This document shows, one piece after another, positions 36,808 to 46,397 of a stretch of DNA of 64,000 nucleotides. Where the stretch lies: NCBI GenBank assembly GCA_964655395.1, contig CAZZMT010000108.1, forward strand, positions 9,427 through 73,426, written 5' to 3'. A model generated the notes under the pieces. The model did not search any database. It was not told where the DNA came from and saw only the letters and a program-made list of their open reading frames with translations. Position numbers and translations under genes: made by a program. Source of the DNA: an uncultured Candidatus Bathyarchaeia archaeon (lineage in GTDB: Archaea > Thermoproteota > Bathyarchaeia > Bathyarchaeales > Bathycorpusculaceae). Numbering within the stretch: position 1 is the stretch's first letter; the number at the start of each line of letters is the position of its first letter.

Positions 36808-38056
36808 TTTCGCCAGCCACCTCCATTATGTCAAATAGGTGCACGAGCACTGTTTCGCCTTCTTCTAAGCCTTCGCGGTTTTCTAGAACAACCACATACC
36901 CGTTAGCCTTAGTCATGGTGGAAATTATGCCGGAGCCTCTTGCGCTTATGGGTTCGGCGTAAAATTCGCCGTTCCGCTGAAAAACACGCACCCGCACAAA
37001 GGTTCGTCTGCCAAGAGCCGTAGTGGTTCTCCGCGTCAACCTAGCCTTCACAACGGGTCTAGATTCGTGTTCTGCCCCTAACATTTTGAGAATTAATGGT
37101 CTAGCGAAAACTTCAAAGCCGAACATGGCGGCGACGGAGTTGCCAGACAAAACTATTATGGGCTTGTTGTCTATCACGGCGAGGGCTGTGGGCATGGCTG
37201 GGCGCATGGCTATCCCATGAACTATTACGCCGGGCTTGCCGAGGCTGTTTATGGCTGTGGGAACAAGGTCTGGGGCGCCGACGCTTGTGCCGCCCGTTGT
37301 CACAATCACATTCGCCCTCTCCATTCCGAATTTTATTTTTTCCGCGATCTCGTCTACGTCGTCTTTTGCTATTCCTAAGTCAACTGGTTCGGCGCCAAGC
37401 TCACGGCAAAGCGAAGCAATAACCAGCCTGTTAGCCTCATAAATTTGGTCTTCTTTTGGCGTTTGCCCAACCTCCACGAGCTCGTTTCCGGTGGCTAAAA
37501 TTGCTACTTTCGGTTTTTCATATACGGGTATGTGGCTTCTGCCTAAAGCGGCTATAAGCCCCAGATGGTGGGGTTTTAGGCGTGTTCCAGCCTTAACCGC
37601 CACCTCGCCTTTTGCCACATCTTCACCCTTCTTTGAAACATTTTCACCCGGCGCGATAGCAGCTAAAACCTCTATTTCGCTGTCGCTTACGCGTTTAGTG
37701 TGTTCCAGCATTAAAACCGCGTTTGCGCCCTTCGGGAGAGGTTTTCCAGTCCAAACAAGTTTGGCTTCCCCGCTTTTCACCTCTTTGCCTTCTGTCAATT
37801 TCAATTTTTTCGGTTTAAACTGTGAAGCCCCAAAAGTGTCTTCAGCTTTAACCGCATAGCCATCCACAGCTGAACGGTTGAATCTTGGCAAGTCTTCCTC
37901 TGCCACAACGTCTTCAGCTAAAACTCTGTTAAGCGCCTCGCTCAGCGGAACAATTACAGTTTTCCTTTCAATTTTTAAATTGTTGAAAAAGGCTTGTTTT
38001 GCCTCCTCGATTGTTGCAAGTTTTTGAAAGCCTTTAAGCCTAACCAGAAGAGACAC
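36800..38056 (-). CDS. moeA: molybdopterin molybdenumtransferase MoeA (paralog 1)
   Basis: 418 aa. FNRSAVDGYAVKAEDT, VTTGGTSVGAPD and LSGNSVAA are present. It overlaps the downstream paralog by 8 nt. Confidence 0.9.
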   Translation of the reverse strand: MSLLVRLKGFQKLATIEEAKQAFFNNLKIERKTVIVPLSEALNRVLAEDVVAEEDLPRFNRSAVDGYAVKAEDTFGASQFKPKKLKLTEGKEVKSGEAKLVWTGKPLPKGANAVLMLEHTKRVSDSEIEVLAAIAPGENVSKKGEDVAKGEVAVKAGTRLKPHHLGLIAALGRSHIPVYEKPKVAILATGNELVEVGQTPKEDQIYEANRLVIASLCRELGAEPVDLGIAKDDVDEIAEKIKFGMERANVIVTTGGTSVGAPDLVPTAINSLGKPGVIVHGIAMRPAMPTALAVIDNKPIIVLSGNSVAAMFGFEVFARPLILKMLGAEHESRPVVKARLTRRTTTALGRRTFVRVRVFQRNGEFYAEPISARGSGIISTMTKANGYVVVLENREGLEEGETVLVHLFDIMEVAGENV

Positions 38057-38114
38057 CTAAAAACAGCACACATGCTTCATTGAAAAATGTATCGCCAAAC
38101 CTTCCCAAAACGGT

Positions 38115-38978
38115 TCATGCAGCCAACTCTTTTCGGAGGATATCCCGCATCTTGATGGCGTCAACATCCAACACAGGGCTTTCGCTTATTATGACTGGAG
38201 TTAGCTTGAACTCTGCGATGACTTTTGCAAGTAAAGCGAAATCGGGTCCGTATTCTGCCTCGTCCAGCGTATGATGGCATTTTTCGCCTTTCTCTGTAAA
38301 CTCAACTTTGGTGAAGTGGCAGTGCATGTTTTTGACGGATTCTGTTCCCAAACGCTTTTCAATGGTTTCCACGACCCGTCGAAAATCTTCGACTGTCTTG
38401 AACAAGCCCTTCTCTCTTGCGTGCAAGTGCGCCCAGTCTATCACTGGCTGAGTTTGCTCAACCTTTTCACAGAGAGCTAAAACTTCCTCAAGGCTTCCAA
38501 GCTGGGTGAGCTTCCCCATGGTCTCTGGACCAAGCTTGACGTTGCCTATTCCAAGAGATTTCAGCCTTTCAACAACATCCTTTAAGGCTTCCAAACAGTT
38601 GGCAAAAGCCTCTTTGGGCGTTTTCTTGCCGTAAAACCCGGGGTGAAAAACAACCGTTTGGGCTTGCATCCACTGGGCGGCGGTGGCACACGCCACTAGA
38701 CGGGCTTTGCTGGCTTCAACAGTTTCCTTATCGCCGCAAAGGTTTATGAAGTAGGATGCGTGAAGACTGAGCAAAACATCAGTTTCCTTAGCTTTTAAAC
38801 CAAACTTTTCCGCGTCATCCCTCCGTATTTGGGGTTTTACACCCCATCGAACCGCCTGATACTCAAAAGCGTCAAGGCCTTCTTCCCGCAAAAGTCTGGG
38901 AACATCCATCAAAGTGGCCTTCAAGGCTTTAAAGCCCGGAGGGACTCCTGCCGGACCAAATCTTGGACGGTCAACCAT
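38115..38978 (-). CDS. AP endonuclease family 2 / endonuclease IV-like TIM-barrel protein
   Basis: 287 aa with SLHASYFINL and VVFHPG motifs and a C-terminal metal-binding His/Glu pattern, as in Nfo-like xylose-isomerase-fold enzymes. Confidence 0.7.
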   Translation of the reverse strand: MVDRPRFGPAGVPPGFKALKATLMDVPRLLREEGLDAFEYQAVRWGVKPQIRRDDAEKFGLKAKETDVLLSLHASYFINLCGDKETVEASKARLVACATAAQWMQAQTVVFHPGFYGKKTPKEAFANCLEALKDVVERLKSLGIGNVKLGPETMGKLTQLGSLEEVLALCEKVEQTQPVIDWAHLHAREKGLFKTVEDFRRVVETIEKRLGTESVKNMHCHFTKVEFTEKGEKCHHTLDEAEYGPDFALLAKVIAEFKLTPVIISESPVLDVDAIKMRDILRKELAA

Positions 38979-38999
38979 CCCTTAATCCTCTAAACTTTC

Positions 39000-39839
39000 C
39001 TATTTCCTTTTGAAGCGATAACTTTTACGCGTATAAGCCCCGTATCCCAAAACTGCCAAAGCGGAAAGCCAAGCTGCAAGGTTCTGGAAAACCAGGTATT
39101 TGCCGGCTGGGGGTAAGTCTGCTAAAGGCTTCGTTAAGGCACCGAGGGCTGAAATGAAACCCCTAAAACTTGGTGCGGCAGATCTTATGGCGCTGTCTAT
39201 AGATGAGCATAACCATCCGACTGGCGCGACTGCTTCAGCGAAGCCTTGTAGGGCGCTGTTGACTGCCACCACAAACCCGAGGATCTGGGGGTTATTTCGG
39301 TAAAGGTTTGCAAAAGTTCCGTATACAAGCCATGGGTTTGCCAAAACCGAAAACAGCAGGGCTAAAGCGAGAAAAACAAGCAAAATTGTTACGGTGCTTT
39401 TCACGGTCGCCCTTGCAAAACTCATTCTACTCCCAATGTACGAGACACCTTTAATCCTCAATAGTCTAGCCTTCACTCTACCCAGAAAACCGCTTATTCT
39501 ACTTTTCAATCCTATTGCCTTTTTCTCCGAGGCCTTCATTTTTTTGGCAGGTTGCTTAACCTTTTCCGGTTTCGTAGCGATGTATTTCACCATGCAGGTC
39601 CAGCTTGCAGCAAGCACTATGATCACGGAGATTGGAACTAGGTGAAAGAGGGGGCTAACCGTTAAGCCCAACCATGGAATCTTGAAGCCAGCCTCGTCCC
39701 GCACTCCGATGCTTATTGCATAGACGATGATTAAACCCTCAACAAGAGCGGCTAAGACAATAAACATTATCAGTGCCGCAGCACCCTTTAATGTTGACCA
39801 GCGGAGCACGGGGTTTCCCTGGGGCTTCTGCGCAGCCAA
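39000..39839 (-). CDS. membrane protein (hypothetical)
   Basis: 279-aa ORF with several TM helices and a basic central loop. Confidence 0.45.
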   Translation of the reverse strand: MAAQKPQGNPVLRWSTLKGAAALIMFIVLAALVEGLIIVYAISIGVRDEAGFKIPWLGLTVSPLFHLVPISVIIVLAASWTCMVKYIATKPEKVKQPAKKMKASEKKAIGLKSRISGFLGRVKARLLRIKGVSYIGSRMSFARATVKSTVTILLVFLALALLFSVLANPWLVYGTFANLYRNNPQILGFVVAVNSALQGFAEAVAPVGWLCSSIDSAIRSAAPSFRGFISALGALTKPLADLPPAGKYLVFQNLAAWLSALAVLGYGAYTRKSYRFKRK

Positions 39840-39911
39840 TCGATCACCACAAACTAAGCTCCATTGATATTCTAAACAAGTTATTAAAAAATGTGGCTGT
39901 TTCTGTATTGG

Positions 39912-40076
39912 CTATTGTATTGGAAACTCGTGGCCGCATTTTGGACATTTAGCGTATCCACACTGAACTGTGGATGGGCATCCCGAACAAGCGAAGGCTC
40001 TGCCGTAGGATATGTCAAACGTGAAACCGCAATTCGTGCAATGCACTAGCCTTTTCGCCTTTGTTTTAATATTCAT
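39912..40076 (-). CDS. 54-aa zinc-ribbon micro-protein (hypothetical)
   Basis: MNIKTKAKRLVHCTNCGFTFDISYGRAFACSGCPSTVQCGYAKCPKCGHEFPIQ carries three CxxC pairs. It is below the ORF-track cutoff and lies 72 nt upstream of the membrane protein gene on the same strand. Confidence 0.4.
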   Translation of the reverse strand: MNIKTKAKRLVHCTNCGFTFDISYGRAFACSGCPSTVQCGYAKCPKCGHEFPIQ

Positions 40077-40234
40077 CTCGCCGCCCTTCTTGAAAGAGCA
40101 TGAGCAACAACAAAACTTTAAGCTTTTCTAAGCAACGCGTGTTTTAACGGAAGGTTTAAACAGCAAAAATAAATCTTATTAAATAAGTTTGAACCTTAAA
40201 ATAGGCTTGCACGATAGGCTGGCGTAAGACTCTG

Positions 40235-41218
40235 ATGCTGAAAACTGGAAAACAAGAGCGGCTTGAACTGTATAAGGAGCGGAATGTTCAAGTTTTTTTA
40301 GGCAAGTTTCTAAGCGGCGAAATAAGCGAGCTTAAACCAACCTTTGACCCTAAAGTGGGCTATAGGTATCCAGAAGTAGAGGCAATTTTGGAGGAAACTT
40401 CAAGCGCTGAAGAGTTTCTTGAAAGGCTTTATTCGGTTGGCATCATTGAAAGGAGGCTTTATGACAAGATCATCTATTGTCCAAGTTGCAGCTCGCAGAA
40501 TGTTTCCACCCATTATTGTTGTCCATACTGCAAATCCTTTAACATTCAGAAAGGTTCCCTGATAGAGCATGTTAAATGTGGATATATGGATGTGGAGGCA
40601 AACTTCAGGAAAGGCGGAAAACTTGTCTGTCCCAGGTGCCGTGAGGAACTGAAAAAACTGGATGTTGATTATAGAAAGGCTGGTATATGGTGCACATGCC
40701 TAGAATGCGGCAAAAGCTTCGACATACCCGTCCCAAGACATTTTTGCAGAGATTGCCAATCCGAATTCACATTTGAAGACGTGGAAATTAAAGATGTTTA
40801 CGCCTACAAGTTAAACGAGGATGTGAGGAGCGAAATAACCGCCGGATGGATTTTCGTCGCTCCAATAAGGGAGTTTCTAGCTGAAAACGGGTTTGAAGTG
40901 GAGGCTCCAGCGTTTATCAAGGGCAAGTCCGGTGCAAACCACATGTTTGACATAGCTGCCTACAAAGGAGGCAAAACCGAAAAAGTAACCGTTATGGATG
41001 TGGCGATAAGTACGGAAAACGCTGTGATGGAACAGCCAGTTATCGCCCTATTCGCCAAAATGTATGATGTTTCTCCGGAACACGCCTTTCTGGTAGCTAT
41101 TCCAAAGTTAAGCGAAAACGCGAAGAAAATGGCTGAACTTTACAACATAAAGGTTATAGAGGCTAAAGATGCCAAAGAAGTGATGGAAGCTCTAAAAGAG
41201 AAACTAGCCAAAAAATAG
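40235..41218 (+). CDS. multi-zinc-ribbon protein with a C-terminal restriction-endonuclease-like (PD-(D/E)xK-like) domain
   Basis: 327 aa. Central CPSC...CPYC, CPRC and CLEC...CRDC motifs, then GFEVEAPAFIKGKSGANHMFDIAAYKGGKTEKVTVMDVAIS. The architecture is reminiscent of the TACK-archaeal 'TackOD1'-type output domain, recalled from memory and unverified. Confidence 0.45.
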   Translation: MLKTGKQERLELYKERNVQVFLGKFLSGEISELKPTFDPKVGYRYPEVEAILEETSSAEEFLERLYSVGIIERRLYDKIIYCPSCSSQNVSTHYCCPYCKSFNIQKGSLIEHVKCGYMDVEANFRKGGKLVCPRCREELKKLDVDYRKAGIWCTCLECGKSFDIPVPRHFCRDCQSEFTFEDVEIKDVYAYKLNEDVRSEITAGWIFVAPIREFLAENGFEVEAPAFIKGKSGANHMFDIAAYKGGKTEKVTVMDVAISTENAVMEQPVIALFAKMYDVSPEHAFLVAIPKLSENAKKMAELYNIKVIEAKDAKEVMEALKEKLAKK

Positions 41219-41225
41219 GCTGAGC

Positions 41226-42668
41226 TTAGAAAGTGTCTATGTTGCCTCTTTCAGTGACAATTTTAACTATGAAGTCGCCTTGTGGAGGGGCAACGTCAAC
41301 TCTTATGTAAGTTGCGCTTTCTCCAGGGTTTACGAAGAAGTCCGCGTCATAGCGCATGTGGTGGGTTACGTTGATAATCCATAAGGAGACTATGTGGGCT
41401 GTTGTAGCTCCGCTGTTTTTTATATCTAGGCGGATGCCGTTGAGGATGACGCGGACGCCTATGAAGTCGATGCAAACAAAGGTTTGGCTTCCGCTTGCCC
41501 CTTCGTCGCAGAACATTATCTGGACGGTGCCGTTGTCACTTATGTAGCGTGTCCAATTCATGTTTACGCTTACCGTATAATTGTTCCATTCATTGGCTAC
41601 TGGTTGGCTTCCTCCTGTAAAGTTAAAGCCAGCGTCGCTGAAGCTTTCAGAGTTCCAGTCATACGCTTTTATAAACCAGCGTTCAGATGTCTCTGAAACA
41701 TTGTACCTTACCATTATTTCTAAGCCATAAACACAGTTTAGCGGATATTCTGACAAGGCGATTGTGAAAATGTTTGAGATTTCGAGGCGGTAAACGCCCG
41801 GTGAAGTTATCTTTAGCTCAGTCAAGTCTATTTTGAGGTTGAATGGCGTTGCTCCTTTTCCGACGATTTTCATTTTCCAATTTCCATTAGCGTCTCTAAA
41901 GCGTGACGGATTGATTGTTATTGTTTGGTTAAGGGTCACGTCTTCCGTACCTATTATTACAGTTATGTATCCGTCCCCGCTTGTGAGGTATCCATCAGCA
42001 CTGTAATCGTAAAGCTGGAGTGTAATATTAACCAAACCTACTGTGGATGAGCAGTCCGCTGCCCAGACAATCTGTATCCAGTCTTGTGTAGTTGAGGTTC
42101 CCATGAACTCGACTCGAACATAGTTTTCCTCCGTACATAATAGGACACAGTCTATTTGCCAGCTGCTTTGAACAGTGTCACTTGTCTTTGTTTCGTCCAC
42201 AAATCTGATTGTAAACGTGCTTGAGGTTAGATAGTCCGATACTGAAACGTTGTTCCATTGGTTTGGCGACAAAGCACTCGTGATTGTTGTCCAGCCCGTT
42301 TCAGTCCAAACGTCCACCCTCAAATTTTCAGAGTCAAGTGTGCCTGTGTATATGCATAAGTAGACGTTTTCTTGATTGTAATCAACATTTACCCATTGAA
42401 CTTCAAGGTCAAGCTCGTAGTTTGGAGGTATAAGCTTAATAGCTACAATTTCCGAGTTCTTCACATAAACCGTCATCGCCGAGTTTAGTGTTCTGTATCT
42501 CGTCTTTATCGTGTGTGCGTTGTTGTCTAATGTTATGTTTTGCATGAAAACTTTTGGCACGTAGTCATTTGGGTCCTTAGGCCTAATCTGCTGTCTTCCA
42601 TACACAACTCCCTCTATATCTAAAACTGTTTCATAATCGTATGACGTTGAGCTTCCACGTGTAACCAT
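41226..42668 (-). CDS. beta-sandwich repeat protein, probably the C-terminal part of the giant pilin-like protein
   Basis: 480 aa with no signal peptide and no usable SD, but extracellular-type composition. It has many NxS/T sequons and three modules ending in motifs like SSWQIDCVLL, LKIDLTELKI and FVCIDFIGVRV. It overlaps the upstream ORF by 38 nt at a G5 run. Confidence 0.6.
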   Translation of the reverse strand: MVTRGSSTSYDYETVLDIEGVVYGRQQIRPKDPNDYVPKVFMQNITLDNNAHTIKTRYRTLNSAMTVYVKNSEIVAIKLIPPNYELDLEVQWVNVDYNQENVYLCIYTGTLDSENLRVDVWTETGWTTITSALSPNQWNNVSVSDYLTSSTFTIRFVDETKTSDTVQSSWQIDCVLLCTEENYVRVEFMGTSTTQDWIQIVWAADCSSTVGLVNITLQLYDYSADGYLTSGDGYITVIIGTEDVTLNQTITINPSRFRDANGNWKMKIVGKGATPFNLKIDLTELKITSPGVYRLEISNIFTIALSEYPLNCVYGLEIMVRYNVSETSERWFIKAYDWNSESFSDAGFNFTGGSQPVANEWNNYTVSVNMNWTRYISDNGTVQIMFCDEGASGSQTFVCIDFIGVRVILNGIRLDIKNSGATTAHIVSLWIINVTHHMRYDADFFVNPGESATYIRVDVAPPQGDFIVKIVTERGNIDTF

Positions 42669-44151
42669 CCCCCAACACTAAATAATCTCCATCATTTCCA
42701 GATGGAATGTTCAATGTAGTATAATCTACAAGAGTTGTAGAGGTTGTTGAAGCTTGTGTAACTGTTGAAGCTGAAAAGAAAGTGAAGACTCCAGTAAGTT
42801 TTATTGCAAGTAAACTGATGTACTGCCAGTCTGCACTTGGTGTTGTATCTATGTCTGCGATTTGAAGCTTGATGGAGTGCATCCCGGGAGAAAACTGTCT
42901 AACAGCCATAATAGCAAAACAATGTTCTTCGTTTGTGCTTGTGTCTTCTATACGTGAATAGCTCCATGCGGATTCTCCGCCAATCAAGTATGGAATGTAT
43001 TCTGTGTCGTCAATAACTAGTCTAACTGAAACAGAGCTTGAGGTTGAGTCTGACTCTACTTTTGCAGACGCCCAAATTAGATAGTGGGCAGTTGATGTCG
43101 GATTTATCGTGATTTCAAAAGTATCCAGTTTATCGCCGTCACCCCAAACATTGTTTACATCTGTAATTTCTGCTGAGTGATAGACGTTTGGATATTCTGC
43201 GCCATTCAAGTTGTCAAGTCTAATAGCGTATATTCTGCCTCTAACCGCTGTTGTTGTTGCTGCTGCGTTTGAAGTGGCTATCTGCCACTTGAAAGTTACG
43301 CTGTTTCCAGTTCCATTGTAAATATAAGCGAACATTTGTGGCATAGTTTCAGTGTTTGCAACTCTTGGGCGGTCGATATATCTGGCGAGAACTGTTGAAT
43401 CTTGAACAAACTGACACCACGCTTGATGATATGCAGTATGGCTGAAAGTCAATTCGATATATGCCAGAACAAAATACTTCGCACCGTTGATGGAAGTGAA
43501 AGTTAAAGACATGTAATCAACATAAGTTGTGGAAGTTGTGCTAAGTGGAGTATCTCTTGTGGCTAAATAATATTCCATTCCAGTGTTTGCTTCTGTCAAA
43601 ACATCGTAAGACCCGTCTGGACCATATTTTAAAGCGTCAAAGTTGCTGTGTTGCCCAATATCTGCAGATCCGTCAACATTGCTCTGTTGATCAACGAAGT
43701 GCTCACTTCCAGCAGCGTAACTTCCGAAAACCATGTAAGCGCCGTTGTTGGTTTGCAAATCTAGCAGCGATCCTGAAATGAGGCTTGTGCCTCCTATAGG
43801 GTTGTATGATGATGGATAATAGTGATTTTGGGTTGTTTCTGTTCCTTCCGTAAAGGTTTCATAGGAGCCGTCTATGGCTCTTGTATAAGCGTAAGAACCG
43901 CTGGTTATGCTTCCTTTCATTACCGTGAACTCGTTTTGAGCTGTTGACCATGCTGAACGTGTTAGGCGACTGACTTCTGTTATTTTTATCGATTCATGCA
44001 TCCTTTCGATGTCCAACTGGTTCATTTGATAGTTCCACAACACCACGTTAGCAACTATAACCGTTATTAGGATCAGGCTTAGCATTACAACTAGGACGTT
44101 GCTCACTCCACGTTTTTCGCTTCTAAGGCGCCCTATAATAGTCTTCAACAC
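42631..44151 (-). CDS. large pilin-like protein with class III (type IV prepilin) signal peptide
   Basis: The N-terminus MLKTIIGRLRSEKRG|VSNVLVVMLSLILITVIVA is a basic stretch, Gly, then a hydrophobic helix. This is followed by about 450 aa of Ser/Thr/Asn-rich beta-type repeats. Confidence 0.65.
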   Translation of the reverse strand: MLKTIIGRLRSEKRGVSNVLVVMLSLILITVIVANVVLWNYQMNQLDIERMHESIKITEVSRLTRSAWSTAQNEFTVMKGSITSGSYAYTRAIDGSYETFTEGTETTQNHYYPSSYNPIGGTSLISGSLLDLQTNNGAYMVFGSYAAGSEHFVDQQSNVDGSADIGQHSNFDALKYGPDGSYDVLTEANTGMEYYLATRDTPLSTTSTTYVDYMSLTFTSINGAKYFVLAYIELTFSHTAYHQAWCQFVQDSTVLARYIDRPRVANTETMPQMFAYIYNGTGNSVTFKWQIATSNAAATTTAVRGRIYAIRLDNLNGAEYPNVYHSAEITDVNNVWGDGDKLDTFEITINPTSTAHYLIWASAKVESDSTSSSVSVRLVIDDTEYIPYLIGGESAWSYSRIEDTSTNEEHCFAIMAVRQFSPGMHSIKLQIADIDTTPSADWQYISLLAIKLTGVFTFFSASTVTQASTTSTTLVDYTTLNIPSGNDGDYLVLGDGYTWKLNVIRL

Positions 44152-44548
44152 TGTTCCCCCTAGAAGTTACAATTTTTATGCGGTATATGCCGCCGCTTTC
44201 CCATGGATATGTGATGTTTAGCCATCCATGGTCGCCCAGCTCTAGATCAAGCCTTGTAAAGGAGCGTGCTGGGGCATCGTTTATGTAGACCGCCGATATG
44301 GTGATTGAAACTTTTCCAGTGTTGCGGACGTATACGCTTATGCGGTTGACGCCGGTTTCATTGTTGAACCAAACATCCTCCACTATGAAGCGTTCTCCCA
44401 TAATTTCCCTGAGGTTTGTGGTGACTACGTAGGTGGTGGTGGCGGCGGCTATTGACATGGCGGCCACAGCCACAACCATGAGCAGGAGGTTGCTTAGCAC
44501 CGGGCTTACAGCATGCCTATCCACGAGAAGCCTCAAAAACAAACGCAT
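44123..44548 (-). CDS. archaeal type IV pilin (DUF361/FlaG-FlaF-like N-terminal domain)
   Basis: 141 aa. The class III signal VDRHA|VSPVLSNLLLMVVAVAAMSI is followed by the typical FIVEDVWF...VYVRNTGKVSITISAVYIN beta domain. Confidence 0.72.
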   Translation of the reverse strand: MRLFLRLLVDRHAVSPVLSNLLLMVVAVAAMSIAAATTTYVVTTNLREIMGERFIVEDVWFNNETGVNRISVYVRNTGKVSITISAVYINDAPARSFTRLDLELGDHGWLNITYPWESGGIYRIKIVTSRGNSVEDYYRAP

Positions 44549-44564
44549 GTTTGGCCTCTCCCTC

Positions 44565-45380
44565 CTATAGGAAGAGTTTTATGGCTATGTAGCCGCAAGT
44601 CATCAACGCCAAGCTGTGTTTTAGCCCCGCGCTTATAGTGCCCTCTCCCATTTTGCCAGCCACTAAGCCGCCGAAAAAGGCTTGGATAACAGTCATGTGA
44701 AAGAATAGGCGTTTAACCTCTTCAGGCGCCATCATGGCTGCGCCGAGCAGCGGCACGCCCTGCACATCTATGAAAAAGGATTTGAACAACAATATGATGG
44801 TGAATATGAAAACGAAGAAAGCCACATAGATTATGGCGATGTATGGGCGCGTCTGGTTTCGCCTTTCCTTATGAAGCAGTAAGGTTGACTGGACAAACTT
44901 GCCCATGGGGTCAAAAACCTTCTCTACGTGCCCGCCTGAACGGTTTGCCTCAATGATGAGGGGGACTACCCTCTGCACAAGAACGGTGTTGACGCGTTTA
45001 GCAAAAGCCACCAACGCCTCTTCAAGGGTCATGCCCCAAGAAATCTGAGCAGTCATTTTCCGAAGCTCCGTCGTTAAAGGTCCAAAATCCCTTTTTGCTG
45101 CTTCTTCCAAGGCGCGGGGCAAAGTCATACCAGTTTCTTGAGCCTGCACTATGCTTCTGAAAAGGTCTGGTAAATGCTCGTCTATGGCCTTCCTCCATCT
45201 ATAATCAACGTAATTCAGCACTGTGGGCGGAGTGAAAGCGGCCAAAATGGCGAAAAAGCAAAACTCGTCAAACGTCGGAGTTCCCCAAACTGCAAAAAAG
45301 CCGAGAAGGATTATGGCTACGGCTATCGCGGCTGACGTAACCCACACGAACTGCTTTACTTTTTTCTCTATTTTTGGCAT
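44565..45380 (-). CDS. type IV pilus platform protein, T2SSF/TadC-like
   Basis: 271-aa polytopic membrane protein with a T2SSF-type cytoplasmic helical domain (LPDLFRSIVQAQETGMTLPRALEEAA). Confidence 0.8.
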   Translation of the reverse strand: MPKIEKKVKQFVWVTSAAIAVAIILLGFFAVWGTPTFDEFCFFAILAAFTPPTVLNYVDYRWRKAIDEHLPDLFRSIVQAQETGMTLPRALEEAAKRDFGPLTTELRKMTAQISWGMTLEEALVAFAKRVNTVLVQRVVPLIIEANRSGGHVEKVFDPMGKFVQSTLLLHKERRNQTRPYIAIIYVAFFVFIFTIILLFKSFFIDVQGVPLLGAAMMAPEEVKRLFFHMTVIQAFFGGLVAGKMGEGTISAGLKHSLALMTCGYIAIKLFL

Positions 45381-45383
45381 GTT

Positions 45384-46397
45384 TTACCACTTTGGTGAGA
45401 CAGAGTCCAAGATTATTAGGAACATTATGGAGCCCACCGGGATTCCCATGTATGTTATGAGGTTAAGCAACAAGTCTGGCGTTAGAAAGCCGAGGCTGCC
45501 GCCGCCCATCATAGCCATAACCGCAAGCATGATTATCAAAAGCAAAGGTCCAGTCACAAGCAAAGCCACGTAAAACTCTGAAAGGATGGATAAGGTGTCT
45601 GAAAACTTTCGGAGGCTTAGCCTCTTCAGCCTCATGTGCTGTTTAGACTTTTCCCTCAAATAGGCGGCGAGGCTGCTTCCAGAATGAATTGTTGAAATCA
45701 AACCTTCAAGCATTTCTCGAAACAGTGTTGAAGGCGACCTTTTAGAAGCTTTTTCCAAAGCCGAAATTACGTCTAAACCAAAGATGTTGATGTCGCGGAT
45801 TATATTTTTGGCTTCTTTCGAAACCGCCAAAGGAATTGGAAGATTTGACAATGAATAGAAGATTTTTTCAGGCGGTACACCAGCACTCGCCAGAATGGAC
45901 ATGTACCCCGTGGTGAAAGCCAGCTCGTCCTCTAGATCCCGTTTAATTTTGTCAGCGCGGTAAAGTGGGTAAACGTAAAAGCCTGTAACTGAAAAGGCGA
46001 CTGCGAAAAGGCTGCCTCCAACACCAAATAGCAACGCTGGAAAGATCGGTACATTAAAGACGAAAAAGAGCACGCATGGAATGCACACAAGGGCTGCCAA
46101 GGCGGCTAAGGCTGTTGAAAAAACTGTTAGGCTAACATAAACCCTAAAATTGGTTTTAATCCCAGCCCTCTGCAAGTGCACACTTAAGTCTTGAAAAAGG
46201 GGCAGAATTGGGCCGATTTTTCCGCCGACAAGCCTGTAAGCGATGGAAGAAAAGCTTTCAGCCTTGAACTCCGCGCCGTGGTTGCCGCTTTCAATTGAGC
46301 TTTTTCCAGCGCTGACTTTTGGACTAAATTTTTTTAATTGTGAAAGCAGATTGTTGTAGAGTGTCTTGAAAGTTTCGGATATCTTCGCCTTTTTCAT
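45384..46397 (-). CDS. type IV pilus platform protein, T2SSF/TadB-like
   Basis: 337 aa with a T2SSF-like domain (TGYMSILASAGVPPEKIF...ALEKASKRSPS..REML) flanked by TM helices. It overlaps the ATPase gene by 4 nt. Confidence 0.8.
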   Translation of the reverse strand: MKKAKISETFKTLYNNLLSQLKKFSPKVSAGKSSIESGNHGAEFKAESFSSIAYRLVGGKIGPILPLFQDLSVHLQRAGIKTNFRVYVSLTVFSTALAALAALVCIPCVLFFVFNVPIFPALLFGVGGSLFAVAFSVTGFYVYPLYRADKIKRDLEDELAFTTGYMSILASAGVPPEKIFYSLSNLPIPLAVSKEAKNIIRDINIFGLDVISALEKASKRSPSTLFREMLEGLISTIHSGSSLAAYLREKSKQHMRLKRLSLRKFSDTLSILSEFYVALLVTGPLLLIIMLAVMAMMGGGSLGFLTPDLLLNLITYMGIPVGSIMFLIILDSVSPKW

